Positions 8,501 through 18,066 are shown, numbered from the stretch's first letter. The stretch is 34,374 nucleotides of DNA from Patescibacteria group bacterium (GCA_021734135.1 JAIPJO010000003.1:1-34374), one strand, 5' to 3'. Numbers and translations are program-made. The notes: generated from the letters alone by a model not told the origin.

Positions 8501-10531
8501 TTATTTCCTTATTGAAATATAACTTACATCAACACCTAAATCATTACTAGCTTCACCAGCATAAAAACCTTGTAATACTTTTCCTTTATTATTATAAACT
8601 CTAACATGAGGAGCGCCACCTGGCCCAGCCCCAGTAATAATGTCTGCAAAACCATCTGCATTTATATCTCCTACACTTATACTAACCCCTTCTTTAAACT
8701 TAGGTGCATAAGCTAAAAATTTACTTTTTATTTGCGCACCTTCATTAAATATTTTTATCTCAGACTCAAGTCCTGGTCCAGGTGCAGTAATTATTTCTTC
8801 TTTATTCCTATCTCTTAAACTATCAATATCAGCAATTGCCACTTTAACACCTGTTCTACTGTGCTTGTCATAAGCAAAGAATTGACTAATAAGATTACCA
8901 TTCATATCAAAAACTCTTATCTGTGGACCTGACCCAGCTTTAGTAGAGCTAACTATTTCATCTCTACCATTACCATTTATATCTCCAACTGCTATATTAA
9001 CACTAATATTCATATTATCATAAGCATTGAAATTGCTAATAAGATTTCCTTTAAAATCGTAGACTCTAATCTCTGAGCTATTTCCAGAATCTAAAGTAGT
9101 TATTATTTCATCAACTCCATCTTTATTTACATCACCTACTGCTATATTAACTCCATTTCTTAAATTTTTATCAAAAGCAAAAAACTGAGACTTAAGTTCT
9201 CCCTCAATATTGAATACTCTAATATGAGCTCCTCCATCACTTTTAGCACCAGTTACTATTTCATTAACTCCATTACCATCAACATCACCACTGCCTATAT
9301 TAACACCTCCTTTAAAATTATCACTATAGGCTAAAAAAGATGATAATTCTACTCCTTTTATATCTCTAATATATACCCTTGGCTCATTATTTTTATGAGA
9401 ACTAGTAATAATATATGGCTTTTGTGAGCTTAGCTTTAACCAAGATATATCAACTGCCCTGCTGACATTAACTCTACCTCTACCTAATTTACCTAAATAA
9501 TCTAAATTTAACTTTCTAATATCATCTGTACTAGACATTAATATATCTGTAGCTTCTTCTTTAGTGATAGTAGGGTTAATACTAAGTATTAAAGCTAAAG
9601 AACCACTAATAACTGGTGCAGCCATAGAAGTGCCAGACCAATAACCATCATAAAGCTCAGAAAATTGATTTCTATCAAAACCTGGATTAGAAGCTACTGT
9701 TCCAAAAAAACTTACTCCTGGAGCACTAATATCAATACAATTTTTGCCATAACTAGAAAATTCAGCTTTTTGATCAAGTGCGTCAGTAGCTGAAACCCCT
9801 ATTACCATATTATCATCACCATCATGACAAACTGGATAAAGTGGGACCTCGTCTATATTATAACCAATGTCATTACTATTTTCATTGCCTGCTGCTGCTA
9901 CCACTAAGACACCAGCATCATGAGCTCTATTTATAGCTTCTTGCAATCCTTGACTATAATTTTCTCCTACAAAACTAAAGTTAATAATATGAGCACCGTT
10001 TTGTATAGCATAATCAACTGCTCTAATCACATCCCTCATGCTACCAGCGCCAGAATCATTTAAAACTCTAAGTGGCATTATCTTACTCTTCCAACTAATT
10101 CCTGCCACCCCTTCTTTATTATTACCTTGAGCAGCAATAATACCTGAAACAATAGTACCATGAGAAAGTCCACCCTCAGTCCAAGTTTTATTAAAATCAG
10201 GAGATGGATTATTGTTGTTTCCTACAAAATCCCAGCCATAGACATCATCAATAAAGCCATTTTTATCATCATCAATACCATTATCAGCTATTTCTTTTTC
10301 ATTTTTCCAAATATTATTTTTTAAATCAGGATGATTAATTTGCACACCAGCATCAATTACTGCTACTACAATCTCCTGAGATCCAGTACTTCTCTCCCAT
10401 GCACCTGGAGCATTAATTTTCTCTAAATACCACTGCCTATCATAATAGCTATCATTTGGCTCTAAAGCTAAAGACAAACTAGGTGTAGCTAGAAATATAA
10501 GTATAAAAAATGTAATCAAAATTTTCTTCAT
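8501..10531 (-). CDS. Secreted S8 subtilase with C-terminal FG-GAP/VCBS-like repeats
   Basis: Signal peptide; catalytic triad VIDAG / SHGT / GTSMAAP; oxyanion AAAGN; five GD(V/I)xxxGxxEI(I/V)T-type repeats. Confidence 0.93.
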   Translation of the reverse strand: MKKILITFFILIFLATPSLSLALEPNDSYYDRQWYLEKINAPGAWERSTGSQEIVVAVIDAGVQINHPDLKNNIWKNEKEIADNGIDDDKNGFIDDVYGWDFVGNNNNPSPDFNKTWTEGGLSHGTIVSGIIAAQGNNKEGVAGISWKSKIMPLRVLNDSGAGSMRDVIRAVDYAIQNGAHIINFSFVGENYSQGLQEAINRAHDAGVLVVAAAGNENSNDIGYNIDEVPLYPVCHDGDDNMVIGVSATDALDQKAEFSSYGKNCIDISAPGVSFFGTVASNPGFDRNQFSELYDGYWSGTSMAAPVISGSLALILSINPTITKEEATDILMSSTDDIRKLNLDYLGKLGRGRVNVSRAVDISWLKLSSQKPYIITSSHKNNEPRVYIRDIKGVELSSFLAYSDNFKGGVNIGSGDVDGNGVNEIVTGAKSDGGAHIRVFNIEGELKSQFFAFDKNLRNGVNIAVGDVNKDGVDEIITTLDSGNSSEIRVYDFKGNLISNFNAYDNMNISVNIAVGDINGNGRDEIVSSTKAGSGPQIRVFDMNGNLISQFFAYDKHSRTGVKVAIADIDSLRDRNKEEIITAPGPGLESEIKIFNEGAQIKSKFLAYAPKFKEGVSISVGDINADGFADIITGAGPGGAPHVRVYNNKGKVLQGFYAGEASNDLGVDVSYISIRK

Positions 10532-10540
10532 AGTACCTTT

Positions 10541-10570
10541 ATTCTATCATCTATTAGCTCTTTTATGCAA
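10541..10570 (-). promoter_or_regulatory. Putative sigma70 promoter for the subtilase gene
   Basis: TTGCAT-18-TAGAAT with a TGn extension, ending 9 nt before the ATG. Confidence 0.5.
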
Positions 10571-10602
10571 TTAATTTTATTACAAATTAATTTTAAATTA
10601 TT

Positions 10603-10627
10603 AAAAAATGCCCAATGATTGGACATT
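10603..10627 (-). terminator. Intrinsic terminator after the GT4 gene
   Basis: Minus strand AATGTCCAA-tca-TTGGGCATT then TTTT; the stem has one G-U pair that only works on this strand. Confidence 0.65.
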
Positions 10628-10648
10628 ATATAAACATATTAAATATAT

Positions 10649-11929
10649 TTATATTTCCTTAATTAACTTTAATGTCTCTCTAGCTGCTTTTTCCCAGGAA
10701 AATAGTTTAGCTCTCTGTAAACCTTTTACTTTTAAATCCTCTCTAAGTTCATTATTAGTAACTAAACTGTACATAGCATGACTAATAGCATTTTTATCAT
10801 AAGGGTTAAAAAATAATGCACTCTCACCTGCTACTTCTTTCATAACTTCAATATCACTTACAGCTGTAGGTACCCCACAAGCAAGCGCCTGTATTACTGG
10901 TATACCAAAACCTTCATGACGAGTTGGAAAAATAAAAGCACTGGCACCATTATAGATATAAGGTAAATCTTTTTCTGCTACCCAACCCAACATAATTACT
11001 TCCAAATTTAAATCAAATTCTTCAATATAATACTTAACTTCATCATAACCATAACTTGCATCACCAATTAAAACTAACTTATGTTTTATTTCAGGATTAT
11101 TTTCTTTAAGTATTGCTAAAGCCTCAATTAAATTAGGAGTATTCTTCTTTTTTTCTAATCTACCTACATATAAGAAGTATTTTTCTTCTAAACCATATTT
11201 TTTACAAACTGCTTCTACTTCTTCTTTATTACTAATATATCTATATAATTCATTATTATAACCATTATGCACTACAGATAATTTTTCTGGCTTAGTTTCA
11301 TAGACATCTATAATTTCTTTTTTAGTAAAATGAGAAACAGTAATTATTTTCTTAGCAGTTTGTAGAGCAAACTTAGTAGACCAATCAAGATAATCTAAAT
11401 TGTTTAAACTATATTTATTAAAACTTAAAATCTTTACTATCACATTAATTATTTTTCTAAAAAAGCCCGTTTCTTCCCAAGCCATCTTTTTACTGTATAT
11501 AGAGCCTTCTCTTTTAAAGGCAATATCATGTATAGTGGTTATAGTTCTTTTAGGATGTATTAAAGGAATAGTGTGTGCTGGCACAAATAAAACATCAGGA
11601 GCTTTAAAAAGCATCTGCAATGAAAATCTTCCTAAAGTCCATAAATAAGAAAAAGGCCAGCGTAAGACCTTTCCTTTAATATTATTATGTAGACTCTTAA
11701 TAATTTGATAACCATATTTATCAAATTTAGGTTTTTCATCTATGAGTTCAAAATTTTCTTCTTTTTGTGTAAAATCTAACAAACCTCCAGTTAAAGGTTT
11801 GTCAGTATAAAGTATATATTGATTTTCAGAATCTATCTCGGCTAAAGCTTTAATTAAATAATATGAATACCACTCTGTTCCAGTTTTATGCCGACGATTA
11901 GCTCTGCTTGCATCTATGCCAATTATCAT
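10649..11929 (-). CDS. GT4 glycosyltransferase (mannosyltransferase-like clade)
   Basis: IGIDAS, TGTEWY, TIHD, YVGRLEKKKN and FPTRHEGFGIPVIQALACG motifs. Confidence 0.93.
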   Translation of the reverse strand: MIIGIDASRANRRHKTGTEWYSYYLIKALAEIDSENQYILYTDKPLTGGLLDFTQKEENFELIDEKPKFDKYGYQIIKSLHNNIKGKVLRWPFSYLWTLGRFSLQMLFKAPDVLFVPAHTIPLIHPKRTITTIHDIAFKREGSIYSKKMAWEETGFFRKIINVIVKILSFNKYSLNNLDYLDWSTKFALQTAKKIITVSHFTKKEIIDVYETKPEKLSVVHNGYNNELYRYISNKEEVEAVCKKYGLEEKYFLYVGRLEKKKNTPNLIEALAILKENNPEIKHKLVLIGDASYGYDEVKYYIEEFDLNLEVIMLGWVAEKDLPYIYNGASAFIFPTRHEGFGIPVIQALACGVPTAVSDIEVMKEVAGESALFFNPYDKNAISHAMYSLVTNNELREDLKVKGLQRAKLFSWEKAARETLKLIKEI

Positions 11930-11940
11930 ATTTAATTTTA

Positions 11941-12948
11941 TTATTTAGTTGCAAGTATTGATCTCTTATATGAATCAAGATTCTCTAGTGCTGTACCAGT
12001 ACCTTTAGCCACACAAAGTAAGGCATCATCTGCAATATAGGCTGGCACTCCTGTAGTTCTAGAAAATAATTGATCTATATTTCTCAGTAAGGCACTACCT
12101 CCTGAGATAACTACACCTTTATCCATAATATCAGCTGCTAACTCTGGTGGAGTGTTATTTAAAACTTTCTTAGCTGCGTTTATTATTGCTTCTAATTCAT
12201 TTTGTATAGATTCAGTAATATCATCACTATTTACTGTAATTGACCTTGGTAATCCTGTCATAATATCTCTACCTCTAATTTCCATACTGAGTTTATCCTC
12301 AATAAATAGAGCTGAACCAATATTTATTTTCAGCTCTTCTGCAGTACGTTCACCAATAGCTAAATTATATTTCTTTTTAATAAATTCTAAAATAGACTTA
12401 TCAAACTTATTACCACCCACTCTTACAGAAGCAGAATAAACAACACCACCAAGTGAAATTACTGCCATCTCTGAGGTACCACCACCAATATCAATAATCA
12501 TATGACCAGTAGCTGAACCAATAGGTATATCAGCACCAATAGCTGCTGCTACTGGCTCTTTAATAATATAGGCAGCCTTAGCTCCAGCAGCAATAGTAGC
12601 TTCCACTACTGCTCTTCTTTCAGTAGAAGAAATACCAGCTGGTACTGCTACCATAACTTCTGGTCTAAACAATCTAATGCCACCTAAAGTCTTATTAATA
12701 AAATACCTAATCATAGCTTCAGTTGTACGATAATCAGCAATAACTCCATCTTTTAGAGGTTTTACAGCAATAATTGAGTCCGGTGTACGTCCCAACATAT
12801 CTTTAGCTTCATTGCCAACTGCTAATATTTTTTTATCGTCCACTGACACAGCCACAACAGAGGGCTCGTTAATTACTATACCTCTTTTAGGTAAATATAC
12901 TAAAGTATAAGTTGTGCCTAAATCAATGCCTATTTTTTTTGCAAACAT
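11941..12948 (-). CDS. mreB: MreB/Mbl-family actin homologue (stand-alone paralogue)
   Basis: GIDLGT, NEPSVVA, PLKDGVIAD, DIGGGT and SGGSALL motifs. Confidence 0.93.
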   Translation of the reverse strand: MFAKKIGIDLGTTYTLVYLPKRGIVINEPSVVAVSVDDKKILAVGNEAKDMLGRTPDSIIAVKPLKDGVIADYRTTEAMIRYFINKTLGGIRLFRPEVMVAVPAGISSTERRAVVEATIAAGAKAAYIIKEPVAAAIGADIPIGSATGHMIIDIGGGTSEMAVISLGGVVYSASVRVGGNKFDKSILEFIKKKYNLAIGERTAEELKINIGSALFIEDKLSMEIRGRDIMTGLPRSITVNSDDITESIQNELEAIINAAKKVLNNTPPELAADIMDKGVVISGGSALLRNIDQLFSRTTGVPAYIADDALLCVAKGTGTALENLDSYKRSILATK

Positions 12949-12964
12949 ATTTTAATTTAAAAAT

Positions 12965-13006
12965 AGCTAATACTTCATATTAGCTTATAATCAAGACCTT
13001 AGTCAA
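12965..13006 (-). promoter_or_regulatory. Putative promoter of the stand-alone mreB with an overlapping inverted repeat
   Basis: TTGACT (13001-13006) -18- TAATAT (12977-12982); AGCTAATA-n5-TATTAGCT at 12965-12985. Confidence 0.5.
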
Positions 13007-13008
13007 TA

Positions 13009-13413
13009 CTAAAAACTATTTCCACCTTTACTCTTATTACTTAAAATTCTAATTACTTTTTCTGAAAATTCATTAATATCAAAATCCGTTTTAATAAAGT
13101 AGTAATCAGCTCCTAAATCCATGCTACGGCTCTTACTATCCTCATCACTAAGGTCAGTAAAAACAAAAACAGATAAATCTTTAAGTTCATCTTCTGATCT
13201 AATAGCCTCTAAAAGTTCAAAACCATCTAAATCAGGTAAAATAAGATCTAAAATTACATAATCAAATTTACTCTTTTTAATGTAATTTATTAGTTCTTCT
13301 AAGGTTTCTTCTCCAGTAGTAATCTCCACTTCATAACCTTCTGAACTAAAGCGAGATTGCAAACCATAGAGTAAATTAGCATCATCTTCGATAATGTATA
13401 TTTTTTCACTCAT
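13009..13413 (-). CDS. Single-domain response regulator (receiver only)
   Basis: IIEDD acidic pocket, phospho-acceptor LDLILPDLDG, conserved T and K; no output domain. Confidence 0.9.
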   Translation of the reverse strand: MSEKIYIIEDDANLLYGLQSRFSSEGYEVEITTGEETLEELINYIKKSKFDYVILDLILPDLDGFELLEAIRSEDELKDLSVFVFTDLSDEDSKSRSMDLGADYYFIKTDFDINEFSEKVIRILSNKSKGGNSF

Positions 13414-13458
13414 ATTATTCTTATTAAATTATTTAAATATTTAAAAAAATTAAAATAT

Positions 13459-14424
13459 TTATTTTTTTAATTTCTGCCACCAATCAGTATTTTCTATATA
13501 CCAATTAGCAGTATCTTTCAATCCTTTATCTAAACTAATTTGTGGTTCAAAGTTTAGTTCACTTTTAGCCTTACTGTAATTAATGCCATAGCGTAAATCA
13601 TGACCAGCTCTATCTTTTACATATTCTATCATTGAATCATCTTTATTCATTATTTTAAGAATCTTCTTAGTTATTTCCATATTACTAATTTCACTATTTC
13701 CGCCTAACAAATAAGTTTCACCAATCCGCCCTTTTTTAATAATAGCTTCTAGTGCGCGGCTATGATCATCAACATGAATCCAATCTCTAATATTATTACC
13801 CTGCCCATATACTGGTATATTTTTACCTTCTATTAAATTTGTAAGAAATAATGGGATTAATTTTTCTGGATACTGGTAGGGACCATAATTGTTAGAACAA
13901 TTAGAAATAGTAATTGGTAGATTGTGTGTATGAAAATATGCTCTAACTAAATGATCTGAGGCGGCTTTAGAAGCGCTGTAGGGACTTCTAGGGTCATAAG
14001 GGGTGCTTTCATTAAAAGGCTCATCATCAAAAGATAAAGCACCAAAGACTTCATCAGTGGAAACATGATGAAATCTTGAAACACCAGCATACTTTGCCTC
14101 ATCAAGTAAAACTCTAGTTCCCTCTACATTAGTGCGGATAAAGTCTTCACTATTTTCTATAGATCTATCAACATGAGTTTCAGCCGCTAAATGCACCACC
14201 ACATCAATATCTTTCATTAAAGTCTTAACTAAATCTCTATCGCAAATATCTCCTTGAACAAAACTATAATTACTATTATTTTCAATATCTTTTAAATTAT
14301 CTAAATTACCAGCATAAGTTAATTTATCTAAATTAATTATTTCATCATTACTATTATTTTTTAACCAATAATGAATAAAGTTTGAGCCAATAAAGCCAGC
14401 TCCACCAGTAACTAGTAATTTCAT
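13459..14424 (-). CDS. rfbB: dTDP-glucose 4,6-dehydratase
   Basis: GGAGFIG, DKLTYAG, AAETHVDRS, STDEVFG, YSASK and NNYGPYQYPEK motifs. Confidence 0.97.
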   Translation of the reverse strand: MKLLVTGGAGFIGSNFIHYWLKNNSNDEIINLDKLTYAGNLDNLKDIENNSNYSFVQGDICDRDLVKTLMKDIDVVVHLAAETHVDRSIENSEDFIRTNVEGTRVLLDEAKYAGVSRFHHVSTDEVFGALSFDDEPFNESTPYDPRSPYSASKAASDHLVRAYFHTHNLPITISNCSNNYGPYQYPEKLIPLFLTNLIEGKNIPVYGQGNNIRDWIHVDDHSRALEAIIKKGRIGETYLLGGNSEISNMEITKKILKIMNKDDSMIEYVKDRAGHDLRYGINYSKAKSELNFEPQISLDKGLKDTANWYIENTDWWQKLKK

Positions 14425-14432
14425 ATAATATA

Positions 14433-14837
14433 TTAATTAATTTGTATCATCTTTAATATCTTCTCTGGCTCACCATCTTTATATTCTCTTTGTGGCCAAA
14501 GCCTTAAATGATCTTCTGGATTTCTAGGAATAACATGAAAATGGGCATGAGGAATCTCTTGTCCAGCCACAGGATCATTATTTAAATTAACATTATAACC
14601 AAGTGCTAAGTTAGCTTTAATACTATTTCCCACTTTTTTAACTACTTTAATTATATCAAGTAAGGTCTCTTCAGGCATATTTTCTAAATTATGATAATGA
14701 CCTTTAGGAATAACTAAAGTATGCCCAGGATTAACTGGTTTAACATCTAAAAAGGCTAAGACTTTATCATCTTCATATACCCTATAAGCTGGTAATTCAC
14801 CTTTTACAATTTTACAAAAAATACAATTATTATCCAT
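14433..14837 (-). CDS. HIT-family nucleotide hydrolase
   Basis: CIFCKI, PGHTLVIPK and the histidine triad HAHFHVIPR. Confidence 0.95.
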   Translation of the reverse strand: MDNNCIFCKIVKGELPAYRVYEDDKVLAFLDVKPVNPGHTLVIPKGHYHNLENMPEETLLDIIKVVKKVGNSIKANLALGYNVNLNNDPVAGQEIPHAHFHVIPRNPEDHLRLWPQREYKDGEPEKILKMIQIN

Positions 14838-14926
14838 ACTTATTATTTTTAATATTACTATTATTTATACAAATTAAAATATCATTAAAAATTAAAGAAG
14901 TAAAATTAATTAAAATTAATAAACAA

Positions 14927-15379
14927 TTATTCAATTATATAAGGTGAATCACTCTTTTCCTCCCATCTTATCTCATCAATATCATCTTCTTTTTGAATTC
15001 CTTTATATAACTTACTGGGTAAATTAATACTTAGTGCATCTATATCTGAACTACACTTATACCCATGCACTACTCCAGGTGGCACTATTACCAAACTGGG
15101 ATTATCCTCTCCCACCTCTATCTCTAAATGTTTACCATTTGTTTGAGATTCTTTTCTTCTATCCCATAAGTGTAATTTAAAAGTACCAGGGCCAATAAAG
15201 GCAAAGGCATCTGCTTGATAAACATGTTCATGCGGCCCTCTAACAACTCCTGGTTTGGTTAAACTAACATAAGTCATAGCTGGTAAATAATCTATATCAT
15301 CATGACGATATATCTCTGTTAACCACCCTCTTTCATCACTATATTTATTTAATTTTTTTATTATTACACCTTCTATCAT
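14927..15379 (-). CDS. rfbC: dTDP-4-dehydrorhamnose 3,5-epimerase family cupin
   Basis: DERGWL, GVVRGPHEH and VPPGVVHGY motifs; near rfbB. Confidence 0.85.
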   Translation of the reverse strand: MIEGVIIKKLNKYSDERGWLTEIYRHDDIDYLPAMTYVSLTKPGVVRGPHEHVYQADAFAFIGPGTFKLHLWDRRKESQTNGKHLEIEVGEDNPSLVIVPPGVVHGYKCSSDIDALSINLPSKLYKGIQKEDDIDEIRWEEKSDSPYIIE

Positions 15380-15423
15380 ATTATTTAAAACTTTTATTAT
15401 TAATTTATTCTTTCCAATTATAT

Positions 15424-16410
15424 TTAAATATTTTTAATATCCTTTTTTCTAAGTAAGCCATTTTGTGCACCTTGAGCTGAAATTACTGAAGCAGAGTTTT
15501 TTGCTCCTAATTTTAAAGCTTTCTGTATATCACCTTCATATAATTCCAAGCCATAAACAAAAGCGCTATTGTGAGCATCACCTACACCAGTAGTGTCAAC
15601 TCTTTTTTGTTCTTTCATAATTTTTTGCTTATATATTTTATCTCCGTCATAAGCACAAGAGCCATCTTTTCCCAAAGTAATAACTACTATTTCAGGACCC
15701 ATTTCTTTAATAACTTTAAGTAAGTTATTATTATCATTAAAAAAGCTCCTATTTTTATCCTTATACTTTTTATCACTAAATACCAACTCAATAGCTTCAT
15801 CTTTATTTAAACAAAGTACTGTAGTTTTCTTAAAATATTTCTTCAATACTCCCGCTCCAAGTTTTAACTGCTCAGATCCTGGATTCCAAGCCACTTTCTT
15901 AGCTGTAGTCACCACTTCAAATAACATACTCTTCCATGGCGTAGAAAGCGAAGTAACATAAAGCCAGTCTGCTGTCTTTATCGCTTTTAAGCTTTTCTTA
16001 TTTAAACTTAAATCAACTTTAGAGCCTTTATAGACAAAGGCAACATGCTCTCCTTTAGGGCCGATTACTAAAAGTGAATATGGACTAAGATTTTTAGAAC
16101 TATTTATAATATAACTAGTATCCACACCTTTAGCTTTTAAATTGGCCTTTATTTTTTTAGCTCTTTCATCTTTACCTAAAGCTGTGATAATAATAGAGTT
16201 AAAACCTAAATTACTAAAACTAATAGCACTATTAGCACTACCACCACCAAAGCTGGAAACCATAGCCTCCACAGATATTTTAGCACCATATTCAAAGGCT
16301 AAAAGTCTTTGTCTTAACAAATCCTTTTTATTGTCTACCACTGTAGCTTCTTGAGGGTATATTGTTATATCTTCAGTAGCTCCACCAAGTGTTATAATTT
16401 TTTTATTCAT
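15424..16410 (-). CDS. PfkB/ribokinase-family carbohydrate kinase
   Basis: GGGSANSA, LNKDEA, ITLGKDG and anion-hole DTTGVGDA motifs. Confidence 0.92.
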   Translation of the reverse strand: MNKKIITLGGATEDITIYPQEATVVDNKKDLLRQRLLAFEYGAKISVEAMVSSFGGGSANSAISFSNLGFNSIIITALGKDERAKKIKANLKAKGVDTSYIINSSKNLSPYSLLVIGPKGEHVAFVYKGSKVDLSLNKKSLKAIKTADWLYVTSLSTPWKSMLFEVVTTAKKVAWNPGSEQLKLGAGVLKKYFKKTTVLCLNKDEAIELVFSDKKYKDKNRSFFNDNNNLLKVIKEMGPEIVVITLGKDGSCAYDGDKIYKQKIMKEQKRVDTTGVGDAHNSAFVYGLELYEGDIQKALKLGAKNSASVISAQGAQNGLLRKKDIKNI

Positions 16411-16463
16411 ATCTTTAAATTACCTTTATATTTTATCATAATTAGAAGAATTAACAAAAGAAT

Positions 16464-16493
16464 AAAAAAAGAGCGGTAATTTTTATACCGCTC
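16464..16493 (-). terminator. Intrinsic terminator of the orphan gene
   Basis: GAGCGGTA-n7-TACCGCTC perfect 8-bp stem followed on minus by T7. Confidence 0.88.
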
Positions 16494-16507
16494 ATACTTT
16501 TTAATTT

Positions 16508-16538
16508 TTACGTTGAAATAATATTACGTTGAAATAAT
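16508..16538. repeat. Tandem duplication (15 bp, period 16) covering the stop codon
   Basis: TTACGTTGAAATAAT at 16508-16522 and 16524-16538. Confidence 0.9.
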
Positions 16539-17855
16539 GTTAAGTATCTCCCTTTGCTTTTTTCGAATAACTTTTTTCAAGTCATCATGCCCTACTTGCT
16601 CAATCTGTTGAACAAGTTTTTCAATAGAATTAACAACTATAGTGATAAACTCATCATTTCTAGTTTTCTGCAAAATAAAAGAGACTCTATCAAAAAAAAT
16701 ATCCAAATTATTATTCCATATATCACCTTTTAATCTAGAAACTTCAATAATTTTTTTATCTTCAAATTTCTTTAAAGACAAATTTTTAAAGAATTCCTTA
16801 AACAAATTTTCACAATAGAAATAAGAATATCCTTTTATAAATTCATCTACATTACCTTCAGCGATTTTTCTTTTTCTCAATCCATCTTTTTCTTCTTTTT
16901 CTTTTCGCTCTTCTTCACTCTTATCTATTACTAAACTAACAAGAGATTCAACATCAAAACTATAATTAAAAAGAGTTAAAGGTGATTTAAAAAGCTTCTT
17001 GGCAAAATTAAACTGCTCTTTATACATCTCTTCTCTTTTTCCATTAGTTAATTCAGTTCTGTTTTTAAGTATTTTATTTCCAGCTGAATTAACAATACTA
17101 GCCAATTGATGAAACTTTTCTTTTACAAATTTTGTATTTCTTTCATCTTTGTACTTATCAGCAAAGATTTCAAGGAAAAATAAAACAATGTTAATTCTCA
17201 AATTGTGAGATAGAACAGACTCCACAAACTCTCCCCTTTCTTTATTAAACAAAGCTTTTTCAGTAATAGCTAATTTAAAATATCTTTTAAATATTTTTCG
17301 TGAATAAAACTTATTCAAAAGCAATGTTTCAAGCTTTTCTAGCTTGTTAGCGGTTAAGCTAACCTTAAGGTAAATAATCCAAGGTTTAGCATTCTTAGAT
17401 ATTTTTTCAACTGCTTTTAAATTAAATTTACTTAATTTAATTAAAAAAACAACTAGCACAAAAACAGCTAACAGCCAATAATTGTTTGTTAGCACCTGCC
17501 ACAATGCAGATAAAGCCCAGGTAATTTCTTGCCAAATATTTGCATACAAACTTGGCCAAATTGCATAAATGGTAAATCCAAGTGCAAACAATGACATCAA
17601 AGCATGGATTATAAAAACCATGTTTTCCAGCTTATTCTTTAATTTTTTATTCCTAATACTACTTATTGACCTAAAAATATTTGTTTTAAATATCAAAGCC
17701 AATAGAAAGGTAAGCCAAGAAAACCAAGGTGTAATAAATAGACACAATCCTACTACAATAAGAGGATTAAATAACAACAACAAATTAAAGACTTTAGTAA
17801 TCTTCTTCGATTTAACACTTCTGTTTCTTTTCATAACTACTCTGTTTCTTTTCAT
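16524..17855 (-). CDS. Hypothetical protein with N-terminal TM segments and a large charged helical C-terminal domain
   Basis: 443-aa ORF with its own promoter and terminator; no recognisable motif. Alternative start at 17834. Confidence 0.75.
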   Translation of the reverse strand: MKRNRVVMKRNRSVKSKKITKVFNLLLLFNPLIVVGLCLFITPWFSWLTFLLALIFKTNIFRSISSIRNKKLKNKLENMVFIIHALMSLFALGFTIYAIWPSLYANIWQEITWALSALWQVLTNNYWLLAVFVLVVFLIKLSKFNLKAVEKISKNAKPWIIYLKVSLTANKLEKLETLLLNKFYSRKIFKRYFKLAITEKALFNKERGEFVESVLSHNLRINIVLFFLEIFADKYKDERNTKFVKEKFHQLASIVNSAGNKILKNRTELTNGKREEMYKEQFNFAKKLFKSPLTLFNYSFDVESLVSLVIDKSEEERKEKEEKDGLRKRKIAEGNVDEFIKGYSYFYCENLFKEFFKNLSLKKFEDKKIIEVSRLKGDIWNNNLDIFFDRVSFILQKTRNDEFITIVVNSIEKLVQQIEQVGHDDLKKVIRKKQREILNIIST

Positions 17856-17861
17856 AACTAC
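17820..17861. repeat. Perfect 21-bp tandem duplication covering the start codon
   Basis: TCTGTTTCTTTTCATAACTAC x2, giving MKRNRVV-MKRNR. Confidence 0.92.
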
Positions 17862-17944
17862 AATTTTTTAATTTGACATAAACAAAAAACGACATAGCTT
17901 TTTGTGAAAATTTATTTACTTGTAATGATCATAATTAGAAACTT

Positions 17945-17973
17945 ATATTAATATTAATAACACTTTATGTCAA
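17945..17973 (-). promoter_or_regulatory. sigma70 promoter upstream of the orphan gene
   Basis: TTGACA-17-TAATAT on the minus strand. Confidence 0.65.
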
Positions 17974-18066
17974 TATCTTTTATATATAAATTTTTCTAAA
18001 AAATAAAAACTTAATAGCACTAATCTTAATCTATTATAAATAAATATATTAGTTAGTTCTTTCTAA

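Larger units (their letters stand above)
16435..17940. repeat. 13-bp direct repeat ATCATAATTAGAA flanking the orphan gene (16435-16447 and 17928-17940)
   Basis: Exact match read at both positions. Confidence 0.7.

Noticed and set aside
8504-9420. Repeats as a CRISPR array or DGR target
   Set aside because: They are degenerate protein-level repeats; no identical DNA repeats, cas genes or reverse transcriptase.
11400-16354. Plus-strand ORFs 11400..11648, 12152..12439 and 16142..16354
   Set aside because: Antisense shadows inside GT4, mreB and pfkB.
16450-16520. attC-like site after the orphan gene (AAC...GTT around a long hairpin)
   Set aside because: Ends do not fit RYYYAAC/GTTRRRY, no integrase or second cassette; an intrinsic terminator explains the hairpin.
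17569-17871. 100-aa plus-strand ORF antisense to the orphan gene
   Set aside because: Almost entirely overlaps the longer ORF that owns the promoter and terminator; lacks the T-ATG start context.
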